Shown: piece by piece, positions 28,468-37,556 of the stretch | Position numbering within the stretch: position 1 is the stretch's first letter | How the letters are laid out: every line of letters begins with the position of its first letter | Assembly: GCA_963762255.1 (NCBI GenBank) | Contig: CAVXKA010000001.1 | Span: 1,184,001-1,248,000 of the forward strand | Length of the DNA: 64,000 nucleotides | Direction: 5' to 3' | Origin: Candidatus Eiseniibacteriota bacterium | GTDB lineage: Bacteria; Eisenbacteria; RBG-16-71-46; JABDJR01 | Notes under the pieces: model-generated | What the model saw: only the letters and a program-made list of their open reading frames with translations | Told to the model about the DNA's origin: nothing | Database searches by the model: none | Program-made: the position numbers and the translations under genes

Positions 28468-29792
28468 GTTCCTGCCCCTTTCCGGCGATCGCGCATCGCG
28501 CCTCGCCTTCGGAACGTGTTGCGCCTCCAGCTCGTAAACTCGTCGCTGTAGAGGCGCACGACAAGCTTCTTGAACCCGTCGGCCAGCTCCTGTGGCGTCA
28601 TGTTGGCCGGCCGGTAGTTGACATCGAAGAGCGTGCACGCCTCCCACTTCCGCGGCGTGAGGATCCGCCCCTCGCGCTCCAGCCGCGTGTAGAGCGGCGT
28701 GCCGGGGAACGCGGTCAAGATGGTGACCTGCACCTCGTAGAGTTCCACCGCCTGCACGAAATCGAACACCTGGTCGAAGATCGCCGGGGTGTGGCCGTCG
28801 AGTCCCAGCACGAAGCAGCCGTTGACGGTGATGCCGTGCCCCTGGATCGTGCTGATCGCGTCCCGGTAGAACGGAAACATCCGGTGCTTCCAGTCGCCGT
28901 GAAGTTCGATCCCGGTCAGCCCGGCCTCGACGGGGCTCTCGAACCCGACCAGCACCTGCGCGCAACCGCTCTTGCGCATGAGGTCGAGCAACTCCTCGTC
29001 CTCGCTCACCGTGAGATCGGTCTCCGCGAACCAGCGAAGCTTCTTGTCTTCCAGCGCGGCAAGGAGTTCGCGCCAGTAGAGCTTGTCCACCATCGCGTTG
29101 TCGTCGGCGAACTCGATGAACGGCTTGTCCCAGATTTCCAGGATCCGGTCGATCTCGGCCAGGACGTTGGCCACCGGCTTCTGCTTGTAGCGGTCGGTGA
29201 GGAGCACGCTGCTCGCACAGAACTCGCATTGGTGCGGGCAGCCGCGACTGGTCTGCACGGTGAGGCGGTTGTACTTGTCGATGTCGAGCCGCTCGTATGC
29301 GGGGATGGGGGACTTGGCGATGTCGTAGCGAAGCGGGCGCGCGTCGTAGAGGCCATGCAGGTTGCCCGCGGCGGCGTCCGCCAGGACCTGCGGCCACAGC
29401 GGCTCGCCCTCGCCCGCGACCACCGCATCGCAGGATTCGAGCGCTTCGTCCGGAAGCGCGGTCACGTGCGGCCCGCCCATCACGACCGGCACTCCGGCGG
29501 CGCGGCACGCGCGAGCCAACGCGTAGGCCTCGTTCATTTGCGCGCTGTAGCTGGAGATTCCGATGAGATCGAAGCCCTTCGGAATGGGATCGCCGGCGGC
29601 GAACGCGGGCATTTCCACGTACTCGACGGTGTGCGGCGGCGGGGTCATCGCAGCCAGTGTGAGGAGCCCCAGGCTCGGTAAGGACGCGATCGTCTTGCTC
29701 CGCTCGACGAAGCCGGGAAGCGTGAGGCCCAGGCTCAGAAGCTCTTCATCGCAAACGCGGATTCCGCTCATGGCGACCAGGCCGACTCTCAT
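28464..29792 (-). CDS. B12-binding domain radical SAM protein
   Basis: VVMGGPHVT, GEGE, SRGCPHQCEFC (CxxxCxxC), FPGTPLY. Confidence 0.92.
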   Translation of the reverse strand: MRVGLVAMSGIRVCDEELLSLGLTLPGFVERSKTIASLPSLGLLTLAAMTPPPHTVEYVEMPAFAAGDPIPKGFDLIGISSYSAQMNEAYALARACRAAGVPVVMGGPHVTALPDEALESCDAVVAGEGEPLWPQVLADAAAGNLHGLYDARPLRYDIAKSPIPAYERLDIDKYNRLTVQTSRGCPHQCEFCASSVLLTDRYKQKPVANVLAEIDRILEIWDKPFIEFADDNAMVDKLYWRELLAALEDKKLRWFAETDLTVSEDEELLDLMRKSGCAQVLVGFESPVEAGLTGIELHGDWKHRMFPFYRDAISTIQGHGITVNGCFVLGLDGHTPAIFDQVFDFVQAVELYEVQVTILTAFPGTPLYTRLEREGRILTPRKWEACTLFDVNYRPANMTPQELADGFKKLVVRLYSDEFTSWRRNTFRRRGAMRDRRKGAGT

Positions 29793-30163
29793 GAGATGAC
29801 CCTCCACAGGACGATGGCCACGCTGGACGTGACGCTGAGCGCGGGAATGAAGAAGAGGTTACGGAACGGCTTGCGGTACGCGGAGAGGTAGCAGACGAGC
29901 GGCATGGTCGCCGCGCCGACGATGAGAAGCGTGGAGGGGAGCGCGATGCCGGTCGTGAGCCCCAGCGTCTGCACCGTGTAGGCGAACCCGAGGTTCAAGA
30001 AGCCGAGACCGAAGAATGCGATATGGCCGAGGCGGATCATGCGGCGCGACCACGAACCATAGCCGCCGAGCCAGGTCTCGCCGTGAAAGAAGAGACCTGT
30101 GGTCAGCCCCGCGAGGCCGCCGAGGAAGAACCCTATCCATGCCGCGACCAGGTTCGCAGACAT
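29789..30163 (-). CDS. Small multi-TM membrane protein
   Basis: Hydrophobic 124 aa with RRMIRLGH. ATGA overlap with the radical SAM gene. Confidence 0.75.
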   Translation of the reverse strand: MSANLVAAWIGFFLGGLAGLTTGLFFHGETWLGGYGSWSRRMIRLGHIAFFGLGFLNLGFAYTVQTLGLTTGIALPSTLLIVGAATMPLVCYLSAYRKPFRNLFFIPALSVTSSVAIVLWRVIS

Positions 30164-30235
30164 GCCGGCAGCATACGCCTCAGGGGGGTGGTAGGGGAGC
30201 CCGTTCTGCGGGGGGCTGTCCTGGACGGTCCGATA

Positions 30236-30250
30236 TCACCCGGGTGAGCA
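30236..30250. repeat. Palindromic element copy 4 (partial)
   Basis: TCACCCGGGTGAGCA; left arm degenerate. Confidence 0.6.
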
Positions 30251-30257
30251 GGTCGCG

Positions 30258-30500
30258 TTACTTCGATGCCGCGTTCTCTCGCGCAGCGCGGGCGGCCGCC
30301 GAGTCAGCCTGCTCCATCGCTCGCCCCACCACCCCCGCGCCGGGGAGCTTGGAGCGAGCGATCGTGCTGTCACGCTGGCGCTCGGTCATCTCGGCCGCCG
30401 GCTCGCGTTCCGATTCGCGCGCCTGCTCCGGCTTTCTCGACGAGCACGCGGCCAGCATTGCGGCGGTCGTGACGGCAGCCAGCACCAGGAGAGTCGATCT
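30258..30500 (-). CDS. Small lipoprotein (start uncertain)
   Basis: Hydrophobic stretch plus LAAC lipobox in ORF 30258..30542. Confidence 0.55.
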   Translation of the reverse strand, partial: RSTLLVLAAVTTAAMLAACSSRKPEQARESEREPAAEMTERQRDSTIARSKLPGAGVVGRAMEQADSAAARAARENAASK

Positions 30501-31944
30501 ACTTCTTAACAAACCGCTTCCCGATCCACTCCGAGATCGCATTCAGCGCGTCCGGATTCATCGTCTCTTCGATGCCGAAGTACTCGTTGGGCGCCCCCGT
30601 CGTTGCCTTCTGGAAGAGGTGATTGAGGCCGGGCATCACCAGCACGGTGGCGTCCCTGTTTCCGCCCTTATTGAGCGCCTTCACGATCTCCGGCAGGTTC
30701 TGCTCCGGCGGCACCTGCGTGTCGAGGCTCCCGTTCAGCGCCAGGACCGGCACTCGCACCTTGGCCAGCGTCGGCCGCGGGTCGTAGCTCAAGAAGAACC
30801 GGAACCACGGGGTCATGAGCGCCGAGATCTGGCGTTCCAGCATGGCGTCGGGATCGTCGCCCAACTGTTTGCGCTCTTCGTCGCTCATGAGCGCGACCTG
30901 CTCGTGCGCGAGCGCCATCGCGCCATCGTGCAACCTCGCCGAATCCGTTTCCGTCGCCACAAGCTTCACGATCCGCTTCATGATCGCGACCTGTTGATCG
31001 GCCTTCTCCTGCGACCCGCCCGAAGCCAGCACGATCTTCCCGGTCTGCGCCGGAAGAATCTCCGAGCCCGGCACTCCCGGCCCCGCCAGCATCACCACGA
31101 ACGCGACGTTCTTGGACTGCGTCGCGGCCAGCGGTGCAATCAGGCCGCCCTCGCTGTGGCCCAGCAGACCGATGCGATTTCCTGCGATCGTGGAGCGGGT
31201 CCTCAAGAAGCTCACCGCGGCCAGCGCGTCCTTGGCGAAGTCCCGGGTGGTGGCCGTCGCGAAATTCCCCGTGGACTTGCCGACGCCTCGATCGTCATAG
31301 CGCAGCACCGCGATGCCGGCCCGCGTCAGGTGGTCGGAGAGCACCAGGAACGGCCGGTGGCTGAACACCGTCTCGTCGCGATCCTCCGGACCGCTTCCGG
31401 TGATGAGTACGACCGCGGCGAAGGGGCCGCCGCTCTCGGGCATCGTGAGCGTACCCGCCAGCCTGAAGTCGCCGTTCGGGATCGTCACCTCCTCCGAGCG
31501 GTAGGGGAGCGGCAATTCCGGTTCCTGCGGCCGCTTGATCCCCACCACGGCCTCGCGCCCGAGCTTGAACGGAAATGTCTGCCCGCCCTGCGTGAAGTCG
31601 CCGACGATGTCGCCGTCATCGAGACGCCCGGCGAACGTCGGATCGCCCGGTATGCCGGTGATGGAGAACCGCACCGAGTCTCCGGCCGCGGTGATCCTCT
31701 CGAGAGCGAGTCCCATCGCGCTCTGCATCGGGATGTCGATCGTGCCCGACCACACGCCGTCGTCCTGCTTCAGGTCCACCATCACCGTGAGCCCCGGATC
31801 CATGCCCGGAAGCTGGATCGCGCCCTCCCAGTGGCCGGTGAAGTCCTCGGCGGATGCAACGGCGGCGCCCATGCCCCCGCCCAGCGCCGGCGCGACCATG
31901 ATCAGAAACGCGACCAGAATCGAGAGTGCCGTCTTCATCCCCAT
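30499..31944 (-). CDS. Exported alpha/beta hydrolase
   Basis: Signal peptide, GSGPEDRD, RYDDRGVG, GHSEGG, LNHLFQ. Confidence 0.9.
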   Translation of the reverse strand: MGMKTALSILVAFLIMVAPALGGGMGAAVASAEDFTGHWEGAIQLPGMDPGLTVMVDLKQDDGVWSGTIDIPMQSAMGLALERITAAGDSVRFSITGIPGDPTFAGRLDDGDIVGDFTQGGQTFPFKLGREAVVGIKRPQEPELPLPYRSEEVTIPNGDFRLAGTLTMPESGGPFAAVVLITGSGPEDRDETVFSHRPFLVLSDHLTRAGIAVLRYDDRGVGKSTGNFATATTRDFAKDALAAVSFLRTRSTIAGNRIGLLGHSEGGLIAPLAATQSKNVAFVVMLAGPGVPGSEILPAQTGKIVLASGGSQEKADQQVAIMKRIVKLVATETDSARLHDGAMALAHEQVALMSDEERKQLGDDPDAMLERQISALMTPWFRFFLSYDPRPTLAKVRVPVLALNGSLDTQVPPEQNLPEIVKALNKGGNRDATVLVMPGLNHLFQKATTGAPNEYFGIEETMNPDALNAISEWIGKRFVKK

Positions 31945-33128
31945 ATCCCCATGCTTGCGAAGCTCACCGTGCCGGTGTCGTCGGTCGTCTGTTCGTAGCG
32001 CAGCACCTTGCCGCGCGCCGCCGGCAGCGCGGCCATGAGGCCGTAGATCGGGCTCAGCCCGCAGATGCGGCGCGGATCGTTGTCCTCCATCACCGAAGCA
32101 TAGAACCCGGCGGCGTCCCCTTCGGCGACGAACTGCAGCGTGCGGCGATCTTCTCCTTCGAGGAAGCTCAGGCCCTCTGCGCTCAATACGCCGGGATCGC
32201 CGAAGCGAGGCCCCACATGGGCGAGATCGGCCGCGGCCACGACGATCGCGCGCTCGCCGCGTTCGCGCAAGAGATCGCGCAGCCCGGCCAGGAACGGATC
32301 GCTATCCGGCACGCGGTCCCTCATCGAGCCGCTGAGCACGGGCACGATGTTGATGGAACGGCCTCGGCGGCGCAGCGCGGCCAGGAAGAGCGCCTGAAAC
32401 TCGATCGAGTGCTCCTTGCGATGGAAGAAGAGATCCTCGGCGGAGGCCCGACCCAATGCCGCGAGCTTGCGACACGCATCGACGTCCACCGGTACCGGGC
32501 CGAGCGGGGTCTCGAACGGTTTCTCCATCACGATCCACACCGCCTTGGGGCAGGCGTGCGAGGTGCCGAGAACGATCACGGTCTCGACCGCGGGCGCCTC
32601 GGCGAGCACCCGATAGGCGAGCGCGGTGCAAGGACCGCCCACGCGCAAGTCGATGTGCGGCGCCACCAGCCCGCGAAGCCGGCCTTGCGGCCGCGGCCCC
32701 TCCGCCTCCAGCGTGGCGGCGTCGCTCTCGAAGTCCTCGACCGCTGCAAGCGCCTCGGCCTCGTCCTTCGGATACGAAACGCCGGCGTGAGCCGGGGCAC
32801 GGTTGGGCAAGAGGCGGAACGCCTCGTGCATGCTCTCGCGATGCGCCGCGAACGTCTCCGTCTCCATCATGCCCGCCTGATCGAGGCGATTGACCAGGCT
32901 TTGGATCGCTTCCGCGTTCGCCTCGGAGCCGTACCGCCGCTGAAAGGCCTGCTGGAGTTCCGCCAGGTCGTGCTCGCCGTCGCAGTGCGCGGCCACGAAG
33001 AGCGCGGCCTCGCTCAGCACCAGCTCTTCGTCGGTGTATCCCTCCGGATCGCGCAGGAGGAACGAGGCGCCGTCATCCTGGGGCACTTGCAGGACTTCGA
33101 GAGGCCGCAGCCGCGGCAGTCGGTCCAT
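31935..33128 (-). CDS. AmmeMemoRadiSam system protein B (MEMO1 family)
   Basis: HAGVSYP, APHID, FETPLG, HRKEHSIEFQ, DLAHVG, RICG. Confidence 0.88.
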   Translation of the reverse strand: MDRLPRLRPLEVLQVPQDDGASFLLRDPEGYTDEELVLSEAALFVAAHCDGEHDLAELQQAFQRRYGSEANAEAIQSLVNRLDQAGMMETETFAAHRESMHEAFRLLPNRAPAHAGVSYPKDEAEALAAVEDFESDAATLEAEGPRPQGRLRGLVAPHIDLRVGGPCTALAYRVLAEAPAVETVIVLGTSHACPKAVWIVMEKPFETPLGPVPVDVDACRKLAALGRASAEDLFFHRKEHSIEFQALFLAALRRRGRSINIVPVLSGSMRDRVPDSDPFLAGLRDLLRERGERAIVVAAADLAHVGPRFGDPGVLSAEGLSFLEGEDRRTLQFVAEGDAAGFYASVMEDNDPRRICGLSPIYGLMAALPAARGKVLRYEQTTDDTGTVSFASMGIWG

Positions 33129-33132
33129 GCGA

Positions 33133-33954
33133 CTACATCCGCCGGCCGCGCAGCTCGCGGGCGAGGTCGATGAGGCGCGTGGACTCCGCGCTGCGCGCTC
33201 TCTGGGAGTGCCCGCCGAGGACCACGGTGATGAAGTCGCCGTGAGGGTCGGCGACCTGCTGCACCATGCAGTAGCCGGCCTCGTCGATGTAGCCGGTCTT
33301 GGCCGCCTCGACGTCGTCGCGCGCGCGCAGAAGCCGCGCGGAGTGGACGATGATGCGCGGGCCGCGCGGGGTGGTGAGTTCGAACTCGCTCGTGCCGAGG
33401 AACTCGCGCAAGAGCGGATCCCGCATCGCCGCGGTGAAGAGGGTCACCACCTCCCGGGCGGTGGAGACGTTGCGCTCGTCGAGGCCGGTCGGCTCCACGT
33501 AGCGGCTCTTCCTGCACTCCAGACGGGCGGCCGTCTCCTCCATGCGGTAGGCGAAGGCCTCGGTGGTGAGCCCGGTGGGGTGGACGAGTGCGCGCGCCGC
33601 GCAGTTGTCCGAGCAGACCAGCGCGAGCTTGAGCAGCGTGCGTACCGGCACCGTGTCGTCGACGCGCAACCTCGTGCGACCGGCGCCGACCCAGTCTTCT
33701 TCGGTGATGATGACCGGAGCGTCGAGATCGACGTGCAAGCGAAGCACGGTGAGCGCGGTCGTGATCTTGGTGAGGCTGGCGACGGGCACGACGTCGTCGA
33801 TGGCCTTCTCGTAGAGCCACTCGCGGGAGGCCGGGTCGAACACTCCCGCGTGCGGAATCTGTGTGGCGAACGCCGCGAGCGCCGGGGTCGCGACGATCGC
33901 GAGCGCGACCACGGCCAGCATCGCGGCGACGGGCCAAACCCTGCGGACGTGCAT
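33133..33954 (-). CDS. D-Ala-D-Ala carboxy/endopeptidase (peptidase S11)
   Basis: SxxK (SLTK), SDN and KTG motifs; signal peptide. Confidence 0.88.
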   Translation of the reverse strand: MHVRRVWPVAAMLAVVALAIVATPALAAFATQIPHAGVFDPASREWLYEKAIDDVVPVASLTKITTALTVLRLHVDLDAPVIITEEDWVGAGRTRLRVDDTVPVRTLLKLALVCSDNCAARALVHPTGLTTEAFAYRMEETAARLECRKSRYVEPTGLDERNVSTAREVVTLFTAAMRDPLLREFLGTSEFELTTPRGPRIIVHSARLLRARDDVEAAKTGYIDEAGYCMVQQVADPHGDFITVVLGGHSQRARSAESTRLIDLARELRGRRM

Positions 33955-34190
33955 AGGCCTCGATGGGGTGCGGGTGAAGAGCCGGAACGACACCAGGGCC
34001 GGCCCTCAAAGCGCCGGCTCACCTTCAAAGTACGGGCTTTCGCGTGTCGGGATCAACCGGAATCCCTGTCGGGGCGATTCCGCTGGGGCAGGATCCCCAA
34101 ATGCGGGGGGCGCGGCGAGGCCTCGCCGTCGCCCCCCCGAAGCCGCCGAGGCCCGGTGCCATTGCCCGAACGCCCCGCCGGAGCGAGACG

Positions 34191-34859
34191 TCATTTCGGG
34201 GCGGTCGCGCCTATGGCCGACTCATCCGGCGTCTGAACCTGCTCGAAGTGAGTGTCGTTGAGGCTGTCGCACAGGCTGAGGAGCAGCGCGCAGACTGCGA
34301 GAAGGGCGAGCGTGGTCAGGTCCGTCTTCCCCGTCCCCAGCAGTTTCGAGAGAAACGTCGTGACGAGCGGCGTGATCACGGTGCTGCAAAGAGCCCGACC
34401 CAACCGGGTGACGATCGACCCCACGCTGGCCGGAGTCAGGTCCCGCAGGCCGTCGTCCCGAACGAGGACCGCCCCGCTGGCGAGATCGCGGATCGTGCCC
34501 GCGTCGGGATCGACCGTCGCGCCGCCCAGGTACGCACCGGACTCGGTGACTAGGTGCGCCTCGGCGGTGCCGGCCGCGCCCTGGCCCATGATCGCGAGCA
34601 CCTTCCCCTGCGACGAGCGCGCCGCGAAGATGACGTGCACGGGCCCCTCGAAGCTCGCTCTGCCCTCGGTGACGGCGATCCTCATCGCATCCGTAGCCTG
34701 CGAGGCGCTCACGCCGGGTCCAAGCACGAACTCCGATTCCCCCGTGTAGAGGCGCTTCACGCCGCCCCACGTCGCGGCGGTCGGGGCCGCAACTGCGGGC
34801 ATGGCTCCGGCGGCGACGGCGATGATCATGATCCAGACGATGAACTTGCGATGACGCAT
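34191..34859 (-). CDS. Hypothetical exported protein
   Basis: Signal peptide followed by a TWGGVKRLY motif. Confidence 0.6.
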   Translation of the reverse strand: MRHRKFIVWIMIIAVAAGAMPAVAAPTAATWGGVKRLYTGESEFVLGPGVSASQATDAMRIAVTEGRASFEGPVHVIFAARSSQGKVLAIMGQGAAGTAEAHLVTESGAYLGGATVDPDAGTIRDLASGAVLVRDDGLRDLTPASVGSIVTRLGRALCSTVITPLVTTFLSKLLGTGKTDLTTLALLAVCALLLSLCDSLNDTHFEQVQTPDESAIGATAPK

Positions 34860-35042
34860 GGAACCAGTTCCTTCCGGTCACGGGGATTTGGCGGCGACGG
34901 GCCTGCCTTGGTGTGCATGAACAGTGCCGCGCCGCGAAGCCTGTCGCCCGTCGTGGCCACCAACCGACGCAGGTCCGTCATTCACCGCCGGGACCTCGAC
35001 GGGGTCTTGCGCATCCGGCCCATGGTGGTGTGTGATTGCCGC

Positions 35043-36083
35043 ATGGTGCGCCGCGTGGTGATCCCCCGAAACGGCGATGTGAACGTGCTCGAAGTGCGCG
35101 AGGGTCCTCCCGACGCGCTTGCCCCGGGCACGGTGCGCATTCGCGTCGGCGCCGCCGGCGTGAACTTCGCCGATCTGCTCATGCGCATGGGGCTCTATCC
35201 GGAAGCGCCCTCGAAGCCCTTCGTGCCCGGCTACGAAGTGGCGGGCACGATCACGGAGGCTTCGGCGGAGGCCGCGCGGGCGCGACCCGACCTTGCGGTG
35301 GGCACGCGCGTGGTCGCGGGGACGCGCTTCGGCGGCTACGCCGACGAGGTCGTGGTCCCGGTGGCCAAGGCGTTCCCGCTCCCGGACGGTTGGTCGTTCG
35401 AAGAAGGGGCGGGCTTTCCGGTCGTGTTCATCACCGCGTGGTCGGCGCTCTGCGCGATGGCCCGCGTGAAGGCTGGCGACCGCGTGCTCGTGCATGGCAT
35501 CGCGGGCGGGGTCGGATCGGCCGCGCTTCAGATCGCGCTGGCGGCGGGAGCGCGGGTGGCCGGCACCTGCGGCGGCCCGGCAAAGGTCGAAGCCGCACGG
35601 CGGCGGGGCGCCGAGCGTGCCATCGACTACCGCGCGGAAGACGTGGCGGCAGCGGTGCGCGCGTGGGCCCCCGAGGGCGCGGACGTCATCCTCGAGTCGC
35701 GCGGCGGCCGCGCCATGCACGAGAGCCTGCGCCTCTTGCGCCCCACCGGTCGGCTCGTACTCTACGGCGTGAGCGAGATGGCGCCGGGCAGCAAGCGCAA
35801 CCTGCTGGCCGGCGCGCGGGCGGCGCTGCCGCTCCTGCACCTGAACCCGCTCAAGCTCGTGAACGAGAACCTCGGTGTGTTCGGCCTCAACGTCTTGAAG
35901 CTCTGGTCGCACGACGACGTTCTCGGAGAGGCGCTGCGGGATCTGGCGGACGGCGCCCGCCGAGGCCTCTACCGCACGGTCCTCGACCGGAGCTTTCCGC
36001 TCGAGCGCGCGGGCGAGGCCCATCGCTACCTGCACGAGCGGCGCAACATCGGAAAGGTTGTGCTCACCACCGGCGCCGGCTAG
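35043..36083 (+). CDS. NADPH:quinone oxidoreductase (MDR, VAT-1-like)
   Basis: GVNFADL..GLYP, PGYEVAG, HGIAGGVG, NIGKVVL. Confidence 0.9.
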   Translation: MVRRVVIPRNGDVNVLEVREGPPDALAPGTVRIRVGAAGVNFADLLMRMGLYPEAPSKPFVPGYEVAGTITEASAEAARARPDLAVGTRVVAGTRFGGYADEVVVPVAKAFPLPDGWSFEEGAGFPVVFITAWSALCAMARVKAGDRVLVHGIAGGVGSAALQIALAAGARVAGTCGGPAKVEAARRRGAERAIDYRAEDVAAAVRAWAPEGADVILESRGGRAMHESLRLLRPTGRLVLYGVSEMAPGSKRNLLAGARAALPLLHLNPLKLVNENLGVFGLNVLKLWSHDDVLGEALRDLADGARRGLYRTVLDRSFPLERAGEAHRYLHERRNIGKVVLTTGAG

Positions 36084-36160
36084 ACGAGCGCGCACGGGTT
36101 CTGCGGCTGGCCCTCGGTGCGGCCCCGCGTTATCATCCCGCGCGGAGGGCACCCAGCTTC

Positions 36161-37468
36161 ATGCACAAGAACTACATCCTCGACACGAACGTTCTCCTCC
36201 ACGACCCCGACTCCGTTCACTCCTTCCAGGACAACACCGTGATCGTGCCGATCTACGTGATCGGCGAGATCGATCACTTCAAGAAGGAGGCTTCAGAGCT
36301 GGGGCGGAACGCGCGCGAGGTGGCGCGCATCCTCGACGGGTACCGCGAACGCGGCAAGCTCTCCGACGGAGTGACCCTCGACGGCGGCGGCATCCTCAAG
36401 GTGGCCATTCACCAGGACTATTCGCTGGACACGCTCAACGGACGGCCGGGACTGGTGGACAACGCGCTCCTGGCGCTGGCGGTGGGGCTCAAGAAGGACG
36501 ATCCGGACACGCCGGTCATCCTGGTGACCAAGGACACCAACCTGCGCATCAAGGCCGACGCGCTCTCCATCCGCGCCGAGGACTACGAGACCGGGCGCGT
36601 GAACCTGAATGAACTCTATCGCGGAGCGGTGGAGATGCTCCTCGACCGCAAGTCCGTCGAGGCGCTGCGCGACGGCGAGACCCTGAACGTGGTGCCCGAC
36701 GGGTGCTACCCCAACGAGTACGCGTGGGTGCGCACCGACGGAGAGCACGCGCTCTCCGTGCTGGCGCGGGTGAGCGCGGATTGCCGGCGGCTGCAGCCGC
36801 TGCATCTCCCCGATCGGCCGCCGCTCGGTCTCAAGCCCAAGAACCGCGAGCAGCACTTCGCGATGGACGCGCTGCTCGACCCGGAACTGAAGCTCGTCAC
36901 GCTCATGGGCAAGGCGGGCACGGGGAAGACGCTTCTGGCCATCGCGGCGGGTCTGCATCAGGTGGAGGAGTTGGGCGTCTACGCGCGGCTTCTCGTGTCG
37001 AGGCCGATCTTCCCGATGGGGCGCGACCTCGGCTATCTCCCCGGCGAGATCGAGGAGAAGCTCAACCCGTGGATGCAGCCCATCTACGACAACATGGAGT
37101 TTCTGCTGGAGCGCCAGCGCTCGCGCAAGAGCTTCAGCATCGCCAAACTCATGCAGGCGGGCACCCTCGGCATCGAGCCGATCACCTACATCCGCGGCCG
37201 CAGCATCCCGGGGCAGTTCCTGCTGGTGGACGAGGCGCAGAACCTGACGCCGCTCGAGGTGAAGACGGTGGTCACTCGCGTGGGCGAGGGGACGAAGATC
37301 GTGCTCACCGGCGATCCGTATCAGATCGACAATCCGTACGTGGACGGATCGTCCAACGGGTTCAACTACGTCGTGCAGCGGTTTCGCATGGAGCCGATCG
37401 CCGCGCACGTGGAGTTGATCAAGGGGGAGCGGAGCGAGCTCGCCGAGCGCGCGTCGGATATTCTCTAG
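36161..37468 (+). CDS. PIN-PhoH family ATPase (PhoH2/YlaK-like)
   Basis: YILDTNVLL PIN domain; GKAGTGKT, YIRGRS, DEAQN, GDPYQID. Confidence 0.93.
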   Translation: MHKNYILDTNVLLHDPDSVHSFQDNTVIVPIYVIGEIDHFKKEASELGRNAREVARILDGYRERGKLSDGVTLDGGGILKVAIHQDYSLDTLNGRPGLVDNALLALAVGLKKDDPDTPVILVTKDTNLRIKADALSIRAEDYETGRVNLNELYRGAVEMLLDRKSVEALRDGETLNVVPDGCYPNEYAWVRTDGEHALSVLARVSADCRRLQPLHLPDRPPLGLKPKNREQHFAMDALLDPELKLVTLMGKAGTGKTLLAIAAGLHQVEELGVYARLLVSRPIFPMGRDLGYLPGEIEEKLNPWMQPIYDNMEFLLERQRSRKSFSIAKLMQAGTLGIEPITYIRGRSIPGQFLLVDEAQNLTPLEVKTVVTRVGEGTKIVLTGDPYQIDNPYVDGSSNGFNYVVQRFRMEPIAAHVELIKGERSELAERASDIL

Positions 37469-37556
37469 CAGATCGTGCGGGCGGTAGCGGGCCGGCCGCG
37501 GTTCGATAGGCAGCACCCTCATCGCCCGCTGCGGCCGCCAGGCCGAGGAGACGTCC

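Noticed and set aside
25409-30250. Palindromic repeats as a CRISPR array
   Set aside because: Spacing is 0.7-2.9 kb with whole genes between copies, and there are no cas genes.
30016-31998. Long antisense or alternate-frame ORFs (e.g. 30016..31998, 53902..55830, 55780..57798)
   Set aside because: Shadow ORFs typical of high-GC DNA, overlapping well-supported genes.
33995-34190. Structured leader upstream of the D,D-peptidase as a c-di-AMP/c-di-GMP riboswitch
   Set aside because: Hairpins are present, but I could not match the conserved riboswitch motifs.
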